Assembly (NCBI GenBank): GCA_963789395.1
Contig: CAWBKP010000012.1
Location: 1 to 64,000 of the forward strand
Direction: 5' to 3'
Source of the DNA: an uncultured delta proteobacterium
GTDB lineage: Bacteria; Desulfobacterota; Desulfobacteria; Desulfobacterales; Desulfatirhabdiaceae
Length of the DNA: 64,000 nt
Part shown: positions 33,767 through 45,203 of the stretch, in pieces
Numbering within the stretch: the first letter of the stretch is position 1
Layout of the letters: every line of letters begins with the position of its first letter
Position numbers and translations under genes: made by a program
The notes under the pieces: model-generated
Databases searched by the model: none
Seen by the model: only the letters and a program-made list of their open reading frames with translations
What the model was told of the DNA's origin: nothing

Positions 33767-36334
33767 ATGAGTGATAAAAACACGATAGAAGGCTTTCACG
33801 AAATAACACTCGATGTCAACCGGAAGGAGTACAAGGTATCCGCTCAAAGTGAGACGCCGCTTTTGTGGGTTATCCGGGAACAGCTCCATCTTACGGGGAC
33901 AAAATACGGATGCGGCATCGGACGCTGCGGTGCCTGTACCGTGCTTGTGGACGGAAAAGCCGTCCGATCCTGCCTCACGCCCGTTTCCAAGGCAGCAGGA
34001 AAGCAGATCACGACCATTGAGGGGCTTTCACACCACGGAGATCACCCCCTTCAAAGGGCCTGGATCGAACAGGATGTTCCCCAGTGCGGCTACTGCCACT
34101 CGGGCCAGATCATGAGCGCTGCGGCGCTTGTGGCGGAACATCCGAATCCGACTGATGCAGATATAGACCGTGCCTTGTCCGGAAATACCTGTCGATGCGG
34201 AACCTATCAGCGGATCCGAGATGCCGTGCACCGGACGGGCGGGATGAAGGCGGAAGCAGGGCAGGGGACGATAGCGTGTTCAACGGGCGCCGATGCGAAT
34301 GGGAGGGAAGAGATCTGCCTGAACCCGTTCATTCGCATCGGCCCCGATGAATCGGTTACCCTGACCATCAATCATTCTGAAATGGGACAAGGAGTGTACA
34401 CGGCCTTGTCCATGCTCATGGCCGAAGAGCTCGAATGCGATTGGACGAAAATCCGCGTCGAAGCGGCGCCGGTGGACCCCGCGTACAATCACACCCAATT
34501 CGGGATGCAGCTCACCGGCGGCAGCTCGAGTATGGCAAGCGAGTGGGAGCGGCTGCGCAGGGTCGGTGCAGCTGCCAGAGAGATGCTTATTGCCGCTGCA
34601 GCCGAGCTTTGGAAAGTGGACCGGAAGAGCTGCCGCGCTGAAAACGGGGCCGTGATTCATTCCGGCGGAAAAAGACTCACCTACGGCCAGCTATCTAAGA
34701 CTGCGGCCTTGATTTCTGAGCCTTTGGAAGTCAGGTTGAAGGAACCTGCGGCATTCCGGATCATCGGCCATCCCGTCAAACGAATCGATACGCCTGAGAA
34801 GACCGTCGGAAAGGGAGTTTTCGGCATCGACGTCGAGATCCCCGGTATGCTGACTGCTGTGATTGCGCGGCCGCCCGTATTCGGGGCAAAGGTGGTGAGC
34901 TTCAGTGCCGACAAGGCCCTGGCCTTTCCCGGCGTTAGAAAAGTGGTTCAAATGCCGACCGGCGTGGCGGTGGTTGCCGATGGATTCTGGTCGGCAAGCC
35001 GTGGCCGGGAAGCGCTTGATATCGTCTGGGACGAAGGTCCTACTGCATCGCTTTCTACGGAAGGCATGCGCAAAGCGTATGCGGAGCTGGCCCAAAAAGG
35101 CGGTGCAGTCGCCAGAAAAGACGGCGACGCGGAACAGGCCTTTCGGCAGGCGTCCAAACGGATCAGCGCCGCGTATGAAGTCCCGTATTTGGCCCACGCG
35201 ACCATGGAACCCTTGAACTGCCTGGTTGATCTGCGAACGGATAGTTGTGAGATCTGGACCGGCAGTCAGGCCCAGACCCTGGATCGCGATGCCGCGGCGC
35301 ATGCTGCCGGTTTGAACCCGGACCGTGTGAAACTCCATACCACCTTACTTGGCGGCGGTTTCGGACGCCGCGCAAACCCCAACTCGGATTTCGTGGTGGA
35401 GGCCGTACAGGTGGCCAAAGCCGCAGGGCGGCCGGTCAAGGTGATCTGGACCCGGGAAGACGACATGAAGGGCGGCTGGTACCGACCCATGTGGTATGAC
35501 CGGATTGCCGGCGGGCTCGATAATGATGGAAAGATCACAGGCTGGCATCACACCATTGTCGGTCAGTCAATCATGGCCGGAACGCTTTTTGAAGGGATGA
35601 TCAGCGACGGCATTGATCCGGCTTCGGTCGAAGGGGCGGCTGATATCCCCTACGCGATACCGAACCTTCTCGTGGACTTGCACAGCCCGAAGAGCACGGT
35701 TTCGGTGCAGTGGTGGCGGTCGGTGGGTCACTCCCATACGGCGTTTGTTGTCGAGAGCTTCATCGATGAGCTGGCGCATGCGGCAGGAAAGGATCCGTAT
35801 GCGTTCCGCCATCGGATGCTTGACGATCATCCGCGGCACAGGGCCGTACTGGAACTGGCCGCAGAGAAAGCCGGCTGGGGCACTTCGTTACCGGAAGGGC
35901 GCGGCAGGGGGATGGCCGTTCACAGCTCCTTCGGCAGTTTTGTGGCTCAGGTGGCGGAGGTATCCGTCAGCACCGAAGGGAAAGTTTACGTACACAGCGT
36001 GGTGTGCGCCGTGGACTGCGGCAGGGTGACGAACCCGAACACGGTCGAAGCCCAGATGGAAGGCGGCATCGTTTTCGGTCTCACGGCAGCCCTGCATGGC
36101 GCCATCACCTTGAAAAACGGTCGCGTGCAGCAGAGCAATTTCAATGATTATCCCCTGCTGACCATGAAGGAAATGCCGAAAGTTAAGGTTTACATCGTGC
36201 AAAGCAATGCGCCGCCAAGCGGTGTGGGAGAGCCGGGTGTGCCGCCCATCGCTCCGGCTGTCACAAACGCCGTCTTTGCCCTGACAGGAAAGCGCATCCG
36301 CCGTCTTCCCATACGACCCGAAGAATTTGCTTAA
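33767..36334 (+). CDS. Fused [2Fe-2S] and molybdopterin subunits, isoquinoline/aldehyde oxidoreductase (IorA-IorB) type
   Basis: [22 protein letters not shown], then SEMGQG, AHATMEP, GGGFGRR, WWRSV, GVGEPG in one frame. Confidence 0.92.
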   Translation: MSDKNTIEGFHEITLDVNRKEYKVSAQSETPLLWVIREQLHLTGTKYGCGIGRCGACTVLVDGKAVRSCLTPVSKAAGKQITTIEGLSHHGDHPLQRAWIEQDVPQCGYCHSGQIMSAAALVAEHPNPTDADIDRALSGNTCRCGTYQRIRDAVHRTGGMKAEAGQGTIACSTGADANGREEICLNPFIRIGPDESVTLTINHSEMGQGVYTALSMLMAEELECDWTKIRVEAAPVDPAYNHTQFGMQLTGGSSSMASEWERLRRVGAAAREMLIAAAAELWKVDRKSCRAENGAVIHSGGKRLTYGQLSKTAALISEPLEVRLKEPAAFRIIGHPVKRIDTPEKTVGKGVFGIDVEIPGMLTAVIARPPVFGAKVVSFSADKALAFPGVRKVVQMPTGVAVVADGFWSASRGREALDIVWDEGPTASLSTEGMRKAYAELAQKGGAVARKDGDAEQAFRQASKRISAAYEVPYLAHATMEPLNCLVDLRTDSCEIWTGSQAQTLDRDAAAHAAGLNPDRVKLHTTLLGGGFGRRANPNSDFVVEAVQVAKAAGRPVKVIWTREDDMKGGWYRPMWYDRIAGGLDNDGKITGWHHTIVGQSIMAGTLFEGMISDGIDPASVEGAADIPYAIPNLLVDLHSPKSTVSVQWWRSVGHSHTAFVVESFIDELAHAAGKDPYAFRHRMLDDHPRHRAVLELAAEKAGWGTSLPEGRGRGMAVHSSFGSFVAQVAEVSVSTEGKVYVHSVVCAVDCGRVTNPNTVEAQMEGGIVFGLTAALHGAITLKNGRVQQSNFNDYPLLTMKEMPKVKVYIVQSNAPPSGVGEPGVPPIAPAVTNAVFALTGKRIRRLPIRPEEFA

Positions 36335-36348
36335 AGAATGTCGAACGG

Positions 36349-37437
36349 CTATTTCATGGCTGATTTTCCGCCATGCACTTCGCCGCTGTATAGCCTGCCA
36401 TTTCCGGTCTTGAGGAAATCGATAAGGGAGATATCCTCCTGCCTGATGAACCCCCTGTCCGGCAGCGTTCCATTGTTGACCATCTCAATCACGGCACAGG
36501 CAGATGCCGCTGTTGTCCACGAAATGGCACGCCAGCGTTTTCCGTCAATATCGATGGGATAATAGGCATTGACAAATTCGTCACGGAACAGATGTATCCC
36601 CTTTAGGCCCTCGGCAGAGGCATGGATGTATACCACATCTTCATTGACGGGTGGTTTTGCGTTGGTGAGAATCTCTCCGGCTTTTTTGCGGTCTTCCCGC
36701 ATGAGAAGTTCATGAAAGAAAAAATTCATCTGCTGAACATGCCCGGGATAACGGATACTTTTATAATCCAGGTTGTCCACTTTTCCCAGAAACGTATCGC
36801 ACATGGTTCCCAGCCCGCCGGAAGTCGTAAATGCCTCGAGCTGCATGCCGTGGATATAGAGCTTCTCGATCCATTCCATCGGTGAGACCCACTTGTGCTG
36901 TCCGTTTTCAATCACTTCACAATCATTGAGATACTCGTTCACAACCCCTTCCGGGGACCAGTTAAAGGCATATGCAAGCAGACCCGTAGGATTCTGGGGA
37001 AGCGCGCCGACTCTGAGTTTGATACTCCTGACTTTGGTAAATCCGGCAGCCAGGGATGCTCCGACAATGGCGATGAAACCCGGGGCAAGGCCGCACTGGG
37101 GCGACATGACTGCCCTGGCTGTTCGGCTCATTTCGATGATTGCTTTTGTGGTCGGGACATCTTCCGTCAGATCAAAATAGTGGACGCCCAGCTTGTGAGC
37201 AGCGGTTGCCATCACAAGGTTATATTTATAGGGCAAACAGGATATCACGGCGTCAAATTTATTTAATTCGTCTGAAAAGCATAAATCAGCCATATCGGTC
37301 GTCATGACAGGAAACGGCAGACCGTTTTTTGCCTGCATGTCTGCGCCTGTTACCGTAAATCCTGTTTTGTCAAGCAGGGTACCCACAAGACTTCCCACTT
37401 TTCCAAGTCCCAATACGATAATCGAATTAATTTTCAT
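36349..37437 (-). CDS. Saccharopine dehydrogenase / lysine 6-dehydrogenase family
   Basis: GLGKVG, YFDLTED, QCGLAPG, RVGALP, EAFTTSGG, YKSIRYPGH. Confidence 0.88.
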   Translation of the reverse strand: MKINSIIVLGLGKVGSLVGTLLDKTGFTVTGADMQAKNGLPFPVMTTDMADLCFSDELNKFDAVISCLPYKYNLVMATAAHKLGVHYFDLTEDVPTTKAIIEMSRTARAVMSPQCGLAPGFIAIVGASLAAGFTKVRSIKLRVGALPQNPTGLLAYAFNWSPEGVVNEYLNDCEVIENGQHKWVSPMEWIEKLYIHGMQLEAFTTSGGLGTMCDTFLGKVDNLDYKSIRYPGHVQQMNFFFHELLMREDRKKAGEILTNAKPPVNEDVVYIHASAEGLKGIHLFRDEFVNAYYPIDIDGKRWRAISWTTAASACAVIEMVNNGTLPDRGFIRQEDISLIDFLKTGNGRLYSGEVHGGKSAMK

Positions 37438-37604
37438 ATGCATTTATTCCTTCTTTTTGATATAACGGCATTACTCAGATAGGTACTTCCCGTGTCGGAC
37501 CCTGACCGGTGACTGCATGCATGAAAAAAATGCGCAATGACAGGGTGAATTGTGACATTAGCATGATGTTCTCTTTAATTGGATTTAAATATCAGCAATG
37601 ACTG

Positions 37605-39404
37605 ATGGGACTCCAGATCCGACGTCGCCGGCCGCCGCACTCAACAGGAACCGTGCCCGGCACGCCAAAGCACTTTCTTCGGCAGGTGATTCGCCTCGCG
37701 GGTATGTATTGGAACTGCGAAAGGCGCACGAAAGTCCGAAGCGTAACACTGCTGCTGCTGCTGCTCACCATGGGACAGGTCGGTCTCATGGTATGGGTCA
37801 ATTACTGGAATCGAGCGCTGTTCGATGCGCTTGAACAGCGCTCGATTCATGGCCTGCTTCTCCAGGTGGCGGTCTTTGCGCTGATCTTCGTCATCACGAT
37901 CGGCGTCACGGCGGCGCACCTGCTTGTCAAACGCTGGCTGATGATCGACTGCCGTGCCTGGCTCACCGAGCAGTTGGTTGCAAGCTGGATGGAAAACGGT
38001 CGCCACTACCGGCTGCTCTTCAGTGCCGGCAACCTCGACAACCCCGACCAGCGCATTGCCGAGGACATCCGCATCGCAACGGAAAGTACGATCGCCTTGG
38101 CACACTCGCTGATCTACTGCCTGATAACCATCGGTCTTTTTATCGACATCCTGTGGTCGGTATCGGGCACGATCATCATGCCTGGCACCCATGTTCAGGT
38201 TCCGGGCTACATGGTGCCGCTGGCTTTCATCTACGCGGTTCTGGGCAGCACGATCAGCTGGATGATCGGCCGCCCGCTGGTGCGTGCGACAAACGCCCTG
38301 CAGGCAGCCGAGGCGACATACCGCTTCGGGCTGTCACGGGCTCGGGAGAACACGGAAGCGATTGCGCTCTTGCGCGGCGAGCCGATTGAGCGCGCCAGTG
38401 CATCGGTGCGATTTGGCCGGATCGTGCGCGAATGGGATCGGCAGTCACTTGCGTACATGGGACTTGTTTCATTCGGAGCAGGATACGGTGCGCTGCTGCC
38501 GGTATTTCCGATCCTGGTTGCAGCGCCCCAGTATATCCACGGTGCAATGTCACTCGGCATACTGATGCAGGCCGCGCAGGCCTTCCAGCGCCTGACGTCC
38601 GCACTTTCCTGGCCGGTGGACAACATCGGCGAGATCGCACGCTGCCGCGCTTCGGCCGACCGCGTCTTATCACTATACGAGGGCATGCAGCAGCTGGATG
38701 CAGACGCTCAGGCGCCGAGCACCCAACGCATCGTTCTGGAGCGATCGGAGCGCGCACACCTGGTGATCGAGGATCTGTGCATCACCGAACCCTCCGGTCA
38801 CATCCTGCTCGAACACTTCAATGTTGACATCCGCCGCGGCGAAAGGGTGCAGATCGAGGGGAATTCCGCAGTGACGGGCAGCCTGTTCAAGGTGATCAGC
38901 GGTCTCTGGCCCTGGGGCAGCGGGCGGGTGCGGCTGCCGGTTGACGGCGGCATCCTGTTCGTTGCCCAGCGTCCCTTCCTGCCTGATGGCACACTGCGCG
39001 AAGCGCTCTGCTACCCTAACCCCCCAGATGCCTACACCGATTCCGCCATCCGCCACGCGCTCGAATGCATGGGCCTGGCATGGCTTGCCCAGCGCATGGA
39101 CGAGCCGGATAACTGGGAGCAGGTGCTGCCGCAGCGTGCCCAGCAGCGGCTCGGCATCGCACGCGTTCTGCTCCAGCGGCCGGCCTGGGTGTTCCTGCAG
39201 GAGGCCACCGACTCCTTTGACCTCAAGGGAGAGCGGCTGATCCTGGAGATGCTCCATCGCGAATTGCCCAATACGACGCTGCTGAACATCAGCTTCCATC
39301 CGGGTCTCAGGCATCTGCACCACCGCACGCTGCTTCTGAGCCGGGTGCACGAAACAAAAGTCCTGTTAAACGGGCAAGCAGGGAATCAGCGGCGGCGTTC
39401 ATTG
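37605..39404 (+). CDS. YddA/BacA-like (ABCD-type) transporter with degenerate nucleotide-binding domain; true stop inferred near 39404
   Basis: WNRALFDALEQ, DNPDQRIAEDI, EATYRFGLSRARENTEAIAL, GLWPWGSG, QRPFLPDGTLREAL. Confidence 0.85.
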
Positions 39405-40520
39405 AAATCGCGGCGGCAGCCAGCCTCTCTCGACGCACTCGCGAAAGCACCACTCCGGTGTGGTCTCGGTGCGGTAGCTCCAGAAAAACCAGCCGCGGTA
39501 AAGCTCGAAAGTAAGAAGCTGTGCGGCGCCGTATGCGCGGTATGCGACGTCCTGCTGGAACTTGTCCATGCTCTGCAGCGCGTGGTCGAACGGCCCCTCC
39601 GCCCATAGCGATACGACTTCCAGATCAAGCCCCAGACTCCATTCACCAACGATTGTGGGAAGCATCAGCTCGCGCCGGATATCGTCGGCCTCCTGACGCC
39701 ACTGGTCTCCTGCCTTGTGCAGGTGGCCGTGTATGTCCATTTCGATTTCCTCGCGGGCAAAGCACTGGTAGCGGTGTATGTCGTAGATCACGTTCTCGTA
39801 CTGCGGCGGCTGCATGAAGCCCAGATACTCGTGGTGGGAGCGGAATCCGTCATGAAAAGCGATCGCCACGCGCTCCGGCGGGCAGTGCGCACGGATCGCA
39901 TCATAAGCACGCAGGTAGTACGCTTTGAGAAAATCAGTGGGAACATCCCAGCGCGGTTCGTTGAGCAGTTGAATGCCGTAAAGGGCGGGCGCTGTGCGGT
40001 AGCGTTCGGCAAGCCGTCCCAGTACCTCGACCGAATGCGTTATGTATTCCTCGCGTGTGTGCCATTCGCAGACATCCTTGATGCCGCCGTTGTCAAAGCC
40101 GTTCTGGCAGCCGGGAGCCGCGTGGAGGTCGAGTAGGATACAAATGCCGAATTCCTCTGCCCAGTCGAATGCACGGTCCAGCACCTCGATGCCGCCTTCG
40201 ACAAAAGGATGCGGGTTTGCGCCGTATTTGCCGTGATACGGATACGGCGGGCCGAAGATCCAGTGGCCGAGCGGGATGCGCACGGCGTTGATGCCCACCC
40301 CTGCAAGCCATGCAAAATCCTCTCGCGTGATGAAGCTCTCCCAGTGGGCGCGCAGCCTCACCGGCGCCTCCGCACCCAGTTCCACGCACCAGGTGGTCTC
40401 ATCCGTGGCCGCGAGCCCCTCAAACAGGCTCGGGGCCATCCATTTTTCCAGCAACAGCCAGCCGCCGAGATTGACGCCACGGAGGCGGGCAGGGGAGTTT
40501 GACGTGACAGTATCCGACAT
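39399..40520 (-). CDS. Glycoside hydrolase family 5 (exo-beta-1,3-glucanase-like)
   Basis: RGVNLGGWLLLEKW, VRIP, DLHAAPGCQNGFDN, NEP acid/base, HRY, GEWS nucleophile, WFFWSY. Confidence 0.92.
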   Translation of the reverse strand: MSDTVTSNSPARLRGVNLGGWLLLEKWMAPSLFEGLAATDETTWCVELGAEAPVRLRAHWESFITREDFAWLAGVGINAVRIPLGHWIFGPPYPYHGKYGANPHPFVEGGIEVLDRAFDWAEEFGICILLDLHAAPGCQNGFDNGGIKDVCEWHTREEYITHSVEVLGRLAERYRTAPALYGIQLLNEPRWDVPTDFLKAYYLRAYDAIRAHCPPERVAIAFHDGFRSHHEYLGFMQPPQYENVIYDIHRYQCFAREEIEMDIHGHLHKAGDQWRQEADDIRRELMLPTIVGEWSLGLDLEVVSLWAEGPFDHALQSMDKFQQDVAYRAYGAAQLLTFELYRGWFFWSYRTETTPEWCFRECVERGWLPPRFQ

Positions 40521-40850
40521 GGCAATATCTCGCATTCCCATCAGCGCATTTCCTATACCCAAAGCAGGTACCGCCGATGGATTGGAACCTGCTTTGGGAG
40601 AAAGAATGTAAGTATCTATTGATATAGATTCATATTGTTTATTGCAACAGCAAATCATACATTCTTCATTCGTAACATTCTGATCACCTTCGAATAGAAA
40701 ATAACTTCCCTTTGAGGGAAAATATTTCATTAAATGGGAACAATTGACCGGTTTTTTTGCAAATTCGGTTCCGGCTCTGGTATTATTAAAAAAATTATAA
40801 AATTGTTCCAGAATTTCGGATTTCAATAATGAACGAAAGGATGAACCATC

Positions 40851-41696
40851 ATGGAAGAACATATCCCAACCGCATTGCGGTTTTCCCATAAGCAGCGGTA
40901 TGTCAAATTGTCGCCCGGTCAAGTTAAAAAGATCATGGTGATCCAGGGGAGTCCCAGAAAAGAGGGGACCAGTAAAACCGACATTCTGGCCAAGGCCTTT
41001 ATCGAAGGCGCCCGGAAAGCAGGTGCCGAATCCGAAACCATTTACCTTCGGGAAAAGAAAATCAAACAGTGCCAGGGATGCTATACCTGCTGGACCAAAA
41101 CACCGGGCAAATGTATATTTAATGACGATGTGGCCGACATCATGAAAAAATCAAATGAGGCAGACCTGGTGGTGTTTGCCTCTCCGCTGTATCATTTTGG
41201 TATCATCGCATTGATGAAGAAATACATCGAGCGGACACTTCCTATGATTCAGCCATTTCTGATCACAAGAGAAGACGGCAAAACCACCCACCCCCACAGA
41301 AAAGGGTATAAGGACACCAAAAATATCGTGATCATCGGCGTCTGCGGGTTTCCGGAGGTGGCACATTTTGGCGCGTTTTCCGCGAATTTTCACTACATTT
41401 CAAATGCCGGCGGGGATCATGGATACAATATCGTCGCTGAAATCTACAGGCCATTGTCTGAAGTGCTGAATAACCCGTTTTATCAGGCGGAAACCGACAG
41501 GATCCTGAAACTGGCGCAAACTGCAGGATATGATGTGGTCAAAAAAGGTTTTATCGATGCGTCCGTGATCAATGAGATTGCGGACGTTCGGCTGAATAAG
41601 AAAGAAGTATTCGAAATGGCCAATCTGGCCTGGGAAGCCTGCATCAAGGAATCCATGACTATGGGCGAATTTCAGGAAAAGCTCTTGGGAATTTAG
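40851..41696 (+). CDS. Flavodoxin-family iron-sulfur flavoprotein
   Basis: QGSPRK, CQGCYTCWTKTPGKC, ASPLY. Confidence 0.88.
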   Translation: MEEHIPTALRFSHKQRYVKLSPGQVKKIMVIQGSPRKEGTSKTDILAKAFIEGARKAGAESETIYLREKKIKQCQGCYTCWTKTPGKCIFNDDVADIMKKSNEADLVVFASPLYHFGIIALMKKYIERTLPMIQPFLITREDGKTTHPHRKGYKDTKNIVIIGVCGFPEVAHFGAFSANFHYISNAGGDHGYNIVAEIYRPLSEVLNNPFYQAETDRILKLAQTAGYDVVKKGFIDASVINEIADVRLNKKEVFEMANLAWEACIKESMTMGEFQEKLLGI

Positions 41697-41760
41697 GCGG
41701 CAATGGATTGGAATACCGCCATGTTGAATCGATGGAAGCTGAAAGCAGCGGGAGCGGCAT

Positions 41761-42480
41761 GTGACGGCTCAACGTGTTCTGATTATTGAAGACGATCCCA
41801 ATACTTCCAATCTCGTCCGACTCTACCTGGAACGGGAGGCGTTTGATGTCTTGACGGCCGCAGACGGGGATTCCGGGCTGGCGCTGGCTAAACAGCATGC
41901 CCCGGATCTGGTAATTCTCGATTTGATGCTGCCGCATCTGGACGGCTGGGAGGTTTGCCGCAGATTGAGACAGCAGTCGGATGTCCCGGTAATCATGCTG
42001 ACTGCAAGGGGGGAGGAAATCGACCGCGTGGCAGGTCTGACCCTGGGTGCGGATGACTACGTAGTCAAACCGTTCAGTCCGCGCGAACTGGTGGCACGGG
42101 TAAAGGCTGTTCTTCGTCGTGCGCCCCTGTTGGGACCGAAGACGACATCCCTTTTGACCCATGGCGATGTCCAGCTGGATCTTGAAAAGCGGAGCCTGTC
42201 CGTGTCGGGCAGGCGGGTAGCATTGACCCCCCATGAATACGCCCTGCTGGAAGCGCTGATGTCCTCCCCCGGACGCACTTACACCCGCGACGAGCTTCTG
42301 GCGAGGCTCTACCGCAGGGGAGAGGCCGTGGTGATCGACCGGGTTGTGGATGTGCATGTGGGCAAATTGCGCCAGAAGATCGAAACCGACCCCGCAAATC
42401 CGCTGCTGATTCTGACCGTTCGCGGCATAGGCTACCGATTTGCCGATGACGCTTTTCCCGCGACCGGCAGCACTCCATGA
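41761..42480 (+). CDS. OmpR-family response regulator
   Basis: IEDD, LDLMLP, GADDYVVKPF, RVVDVHVGKLRQK, TVRGIGY. Confidence 0.95.
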   Translation: MTAQRVLIIEDDPNTSNLVRLYLEREAFDVLTAADGDSGLALAKQHAPDLVILDLMLPHLDGWEVCRRLRQQSDVPVIMLTARGEEIDRVAGLTLGADDYVVKPFSPRELVARVKAVLRRAPLLGPKTTSLLTHGDVQLDLEKRSLSVSGRRVALTPHEYALLEALMSSPGRTYTRDELLARLYRRGEAVVIDRVVDVHVGKLRQKIETDPANPLLILTVRGIGYRFADDAFPATGSTP

Positions 42481-43545
42481 ACCGGTATTTAATCGTCAAA
42501 CTTCTGTCCATCACCCTCCTGGTGATCCTTTTCGTGGTGGTTCTGGTGTGGATTTCCATCGATACGCTGGCAGCGGGCTATTTCGTCACCCTCATGGAGA
42601 AGTACCACATTTCACCCGAGCCTGCCCATGACATGTTCGTCAGTGCCATTCACCGTTACCTGATCTGGACGTTTCTGGGAGGCGTCATCCTGGCCGCTGC
42701 GCTCAGCTATCTGATGATGCGCAGGGTTCTTAAGCCATTGACCCGTATGACCGACATCACCCAGGACATCGCGGCGGGGGATTTTTCGGTCCGGGTGCCG
42801 CCAGGGACCGCCGACGAGGTGGGACGCCTGGCAAAGGCATTCAATCTCATGGCGGAAAGCCTTGAAAAACTGGAGAAACTGCGCCGCAACCTCATGATCG
42901 ATGTGGCCCACGAGCTGCGAACCCCCCTGACCAACATCCGCGGATACCTGGAAGCCCTCACGGATAAGGTGGTTCCACCGACGCCCCAAACGTTCACCCT
43001 GCTCATGGACGAGACCATGCGGCTGGCGACCCTGGTGGAGGATGTCCTTCAGCTGGCCAGGGCCGACGCGTCACACGGAAAGCTTCAGATTGAAACACTC
43101 GACGTAACAGACACCTTGCGCGATGCTGTGGGTGCCTTCAGCGCACAGTTTCAAAAAAAAGATATTACACTTCACCTGGAGGTCCCACCGGACCCCGTGA
43201 TCATTCCGGCGGACCGTGACCGGTTGATACGTGTTCTGCGGAACCTGACGGACAATGCCGCCCGATACGCACCTGCAGGCAGCGATGTAAGCATCCGGTT
43301 GACGGCGGCGCCGGATGCAGACCAGGATAGATTTCTCCAATCCTTCAGGGGAAGTGACGAGCGCGGATTTGCCCTTTCTCTTCGAGCGATTTTACCGGGG
43401 AGAAAAATCCCGATCCCGGGAGCACGGCGGCGCCGGCATCGGGCTTTCCATCGTCAAGGAACTCGTGGAGGCCCACGGGGGATCGGTGGGCGCATCCCTT
43501 GCCGAAAACATTATTCATATTTCCATATTCCTGCCCAAGTCGTAA
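42477..43545 (+). CDS. HAMP sensor histidine kinase (BaeS-like), frameshift near 43318
   Basis: Two TM segments, [33 protein letters not shown]. Confidence 0.92.
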
Positions 43546-43596
43546 CATTGTATTGTTTTCACTTCCTTCTCTGATAATCGGATTCTTGTTCGAATC

Positions 43597-43625
43597 TTTA
43601 CAAAACCTTTATACATTCATTTAAT
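43597..43625 (+). promoter_or_regulatory. Candidate OmpR-type direct-repeat operator upstream of msrAB
   Basis: TTTACA-N5-TTTATA-N6-TTTAAT. Confidence 0.45.
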
Positions 43626-43701
43626 TTCAGACTTATATTCAAGCCAGGATGAAAGTAAAGAAATGAATATCGCATCTTGACAGTTTTCAAGGAGGTGTCT
43701 T

Positions 43702-44880
43702 ATGAAAAATCTGTTGTTTGTTATTTTAATTGCGGTTATCGCGCTTTTTGCTTATGGACGGGTTGTCGCTCAGAACGAGGCGCCCCGGACCCCCATGATG
43801 GAGAAGGAGATTCAAACCAAAACAGCCGTATTTGCCGGTGGGTGCTTCTGGTGCACGGAATCGGATTTTGAAAAGGTTCCGGGCGTTCTGGATGCTGTTT
43901 CAGGATATACCGGCGGCACCGTAGCCAATCCCACCTACGAGCAGGTGTCTGCAGGCGGTACCGGGCATGTGGAGGCCGTCCAGGTTATCTATGATCCTGC
44001 CAAAGTTACTTATGGACAATTACTGGATGCCTTCTGGCGTCATATGGACCCAACGGATGGCGGGGGCCAGTTCGTGGACAGGGGGTCCCAGTACCGCAGC
44101 GTCATTTTCTACGCCGATGAGGATCAGCGTCAGGCAGCCGAGGCATCCAAGGCAGCCCTTGCGGCTTCGGGTCAGTTCGACCGTCCCATTGTCACGGAAA
44201 TCCTGCCCCTGGGACCGTTTTATCAGGCCGAGGACTACCATCAGGATTATTACAAGAAAAACCCCGTTCGCTATCAATATTACCGTTGGAATTCCGGAAG
44301 GGATCAATTTTTGACCGCCGCCTGGAAGGAGGATAAATTTGCAAAAACCATGGAGACAGAGCAACATGACAAGAAAATGACAGCTAACAAAACGGGAAGT
44401 GCAGACATGGGAGATCCGATCAACCCGAAGGTGGAACAGATGACATACAAGATTCCGGACGATGCCACCCTGCGTCGTGAACTGACCCCCATGCAATATA
44501 ATGTGACCCGCCAGAACGGCACGGAACCGCCGTTTCAAAACGCGTACTGGGACAACCACGAATCCGGCATCTATGTGGACATCGTATCCGGTGAACCATT
44601 ATTCAGCTCCGCAGATAAATTCGAATCCGGGACGGGATGGCCCAGCTTCACCCGTCCGATGGCACCCGAAAATATCGTGGAAAAAACTGACAGGAGCTTA
44701 TTCATGACCCGAACGGAAGTGCGCAGCAAACATGCGGATTCCCATCTGGGGCACCTCTTCAACGATGGTCCCGCACCGACGGGGCTTCGGTATTGCATCA
44801 ACTCCGCGGCCCTGAGCTTCATCCCCAAGTCTGATCTGGAAAAAAAAGGGTATGGTCAGTATCTCGGGCTTTTTATGTGA
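43702..44880 (+). CDS. msrAB: Bifunctional methionine sulfoxide reductase with signal peptide
   Basis: [42 protein letters not shown]. Confidence 0.95.
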   Translation: MKNLLFVILIAVIALFAYGRVVAQNEAPRTPMMEKEIQTKTAVFAGGCFWCTESDFEKVPGVLDAVSGYTGGTVANPTYEQVSAGGTGHVEAVQVIYDPAKVTYGQLLDAFWRHMDPTDGGGQFVDRGSQYRSVIFYADEDQRQAAEASKAALAASGQFDRPIVTEILPLGPFYQAEDYHQDYYKKNPVRYQYYRWNSGRDQFLTAAWKEDKFAKTMETEQHDKKMTANKTGSADMGDPINPKVEQMTYKIPDDATLRRELTPMQYNVTRQNGTEPPFQNAYWDNHESGIYVDIVSGEPLFSSADKFESGTGWPSFTRPMAPENIVEKTDRSLFMTRTEVRSKHADSHLGHLFNDGPAPTGLRYCINSAALSFIPKSDLEKKGYGQYLGLFM

Positions 44881-44942
44881 AAGGCATTGCAACAGGCAAG
44901 GATGCTTTCTTGTTTCACATTGCTTTTTAGATGTCACATGTT

Positions 44943-45147
44943 GTAACTACTCAGGTATTCAGGAGTCAGAATTCAGGAGCCAGAATGTGAGACCCAACTA
45001 TGAAGTTTGATGATTTGGTGGTGTGGCAGAAAGCACATCAAATCGTTCTTGCGGTCTATCCCTTGACGCGATCCTTCCAATGATCTGAAAAAGAGCTACG
45101 GCCTGTCGTTCGGGCTAATTCTGAATTCTGAATACCTGAGTAGTTAC
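44943..45147. mobile_element. Miniature element with perfect 20-bp TIRs carrying a four-helix-bundle gene fragment
   Basis: GTAACTACTCAGGTATTCAG / CTGAATACCTGAGTAGTTAC; internal MKFDDLVVWQKAHQIVLAVYPLTRSF and heptamer repeats. Confidence 0.8.
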
Positions 45148-45203
45148 TCTATATCTCAACTTTCTAACCGGTGTTTGCGCCAATCTTAACAGAGGACAAG
45201 CGT

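Noticed and set aside
39399..39608. 210-bp convergent overlap of the transporter and GH5 genes
   Set aside because: Removing one base near 39381 gives a stop at 39404; most likely a homopolymer error.
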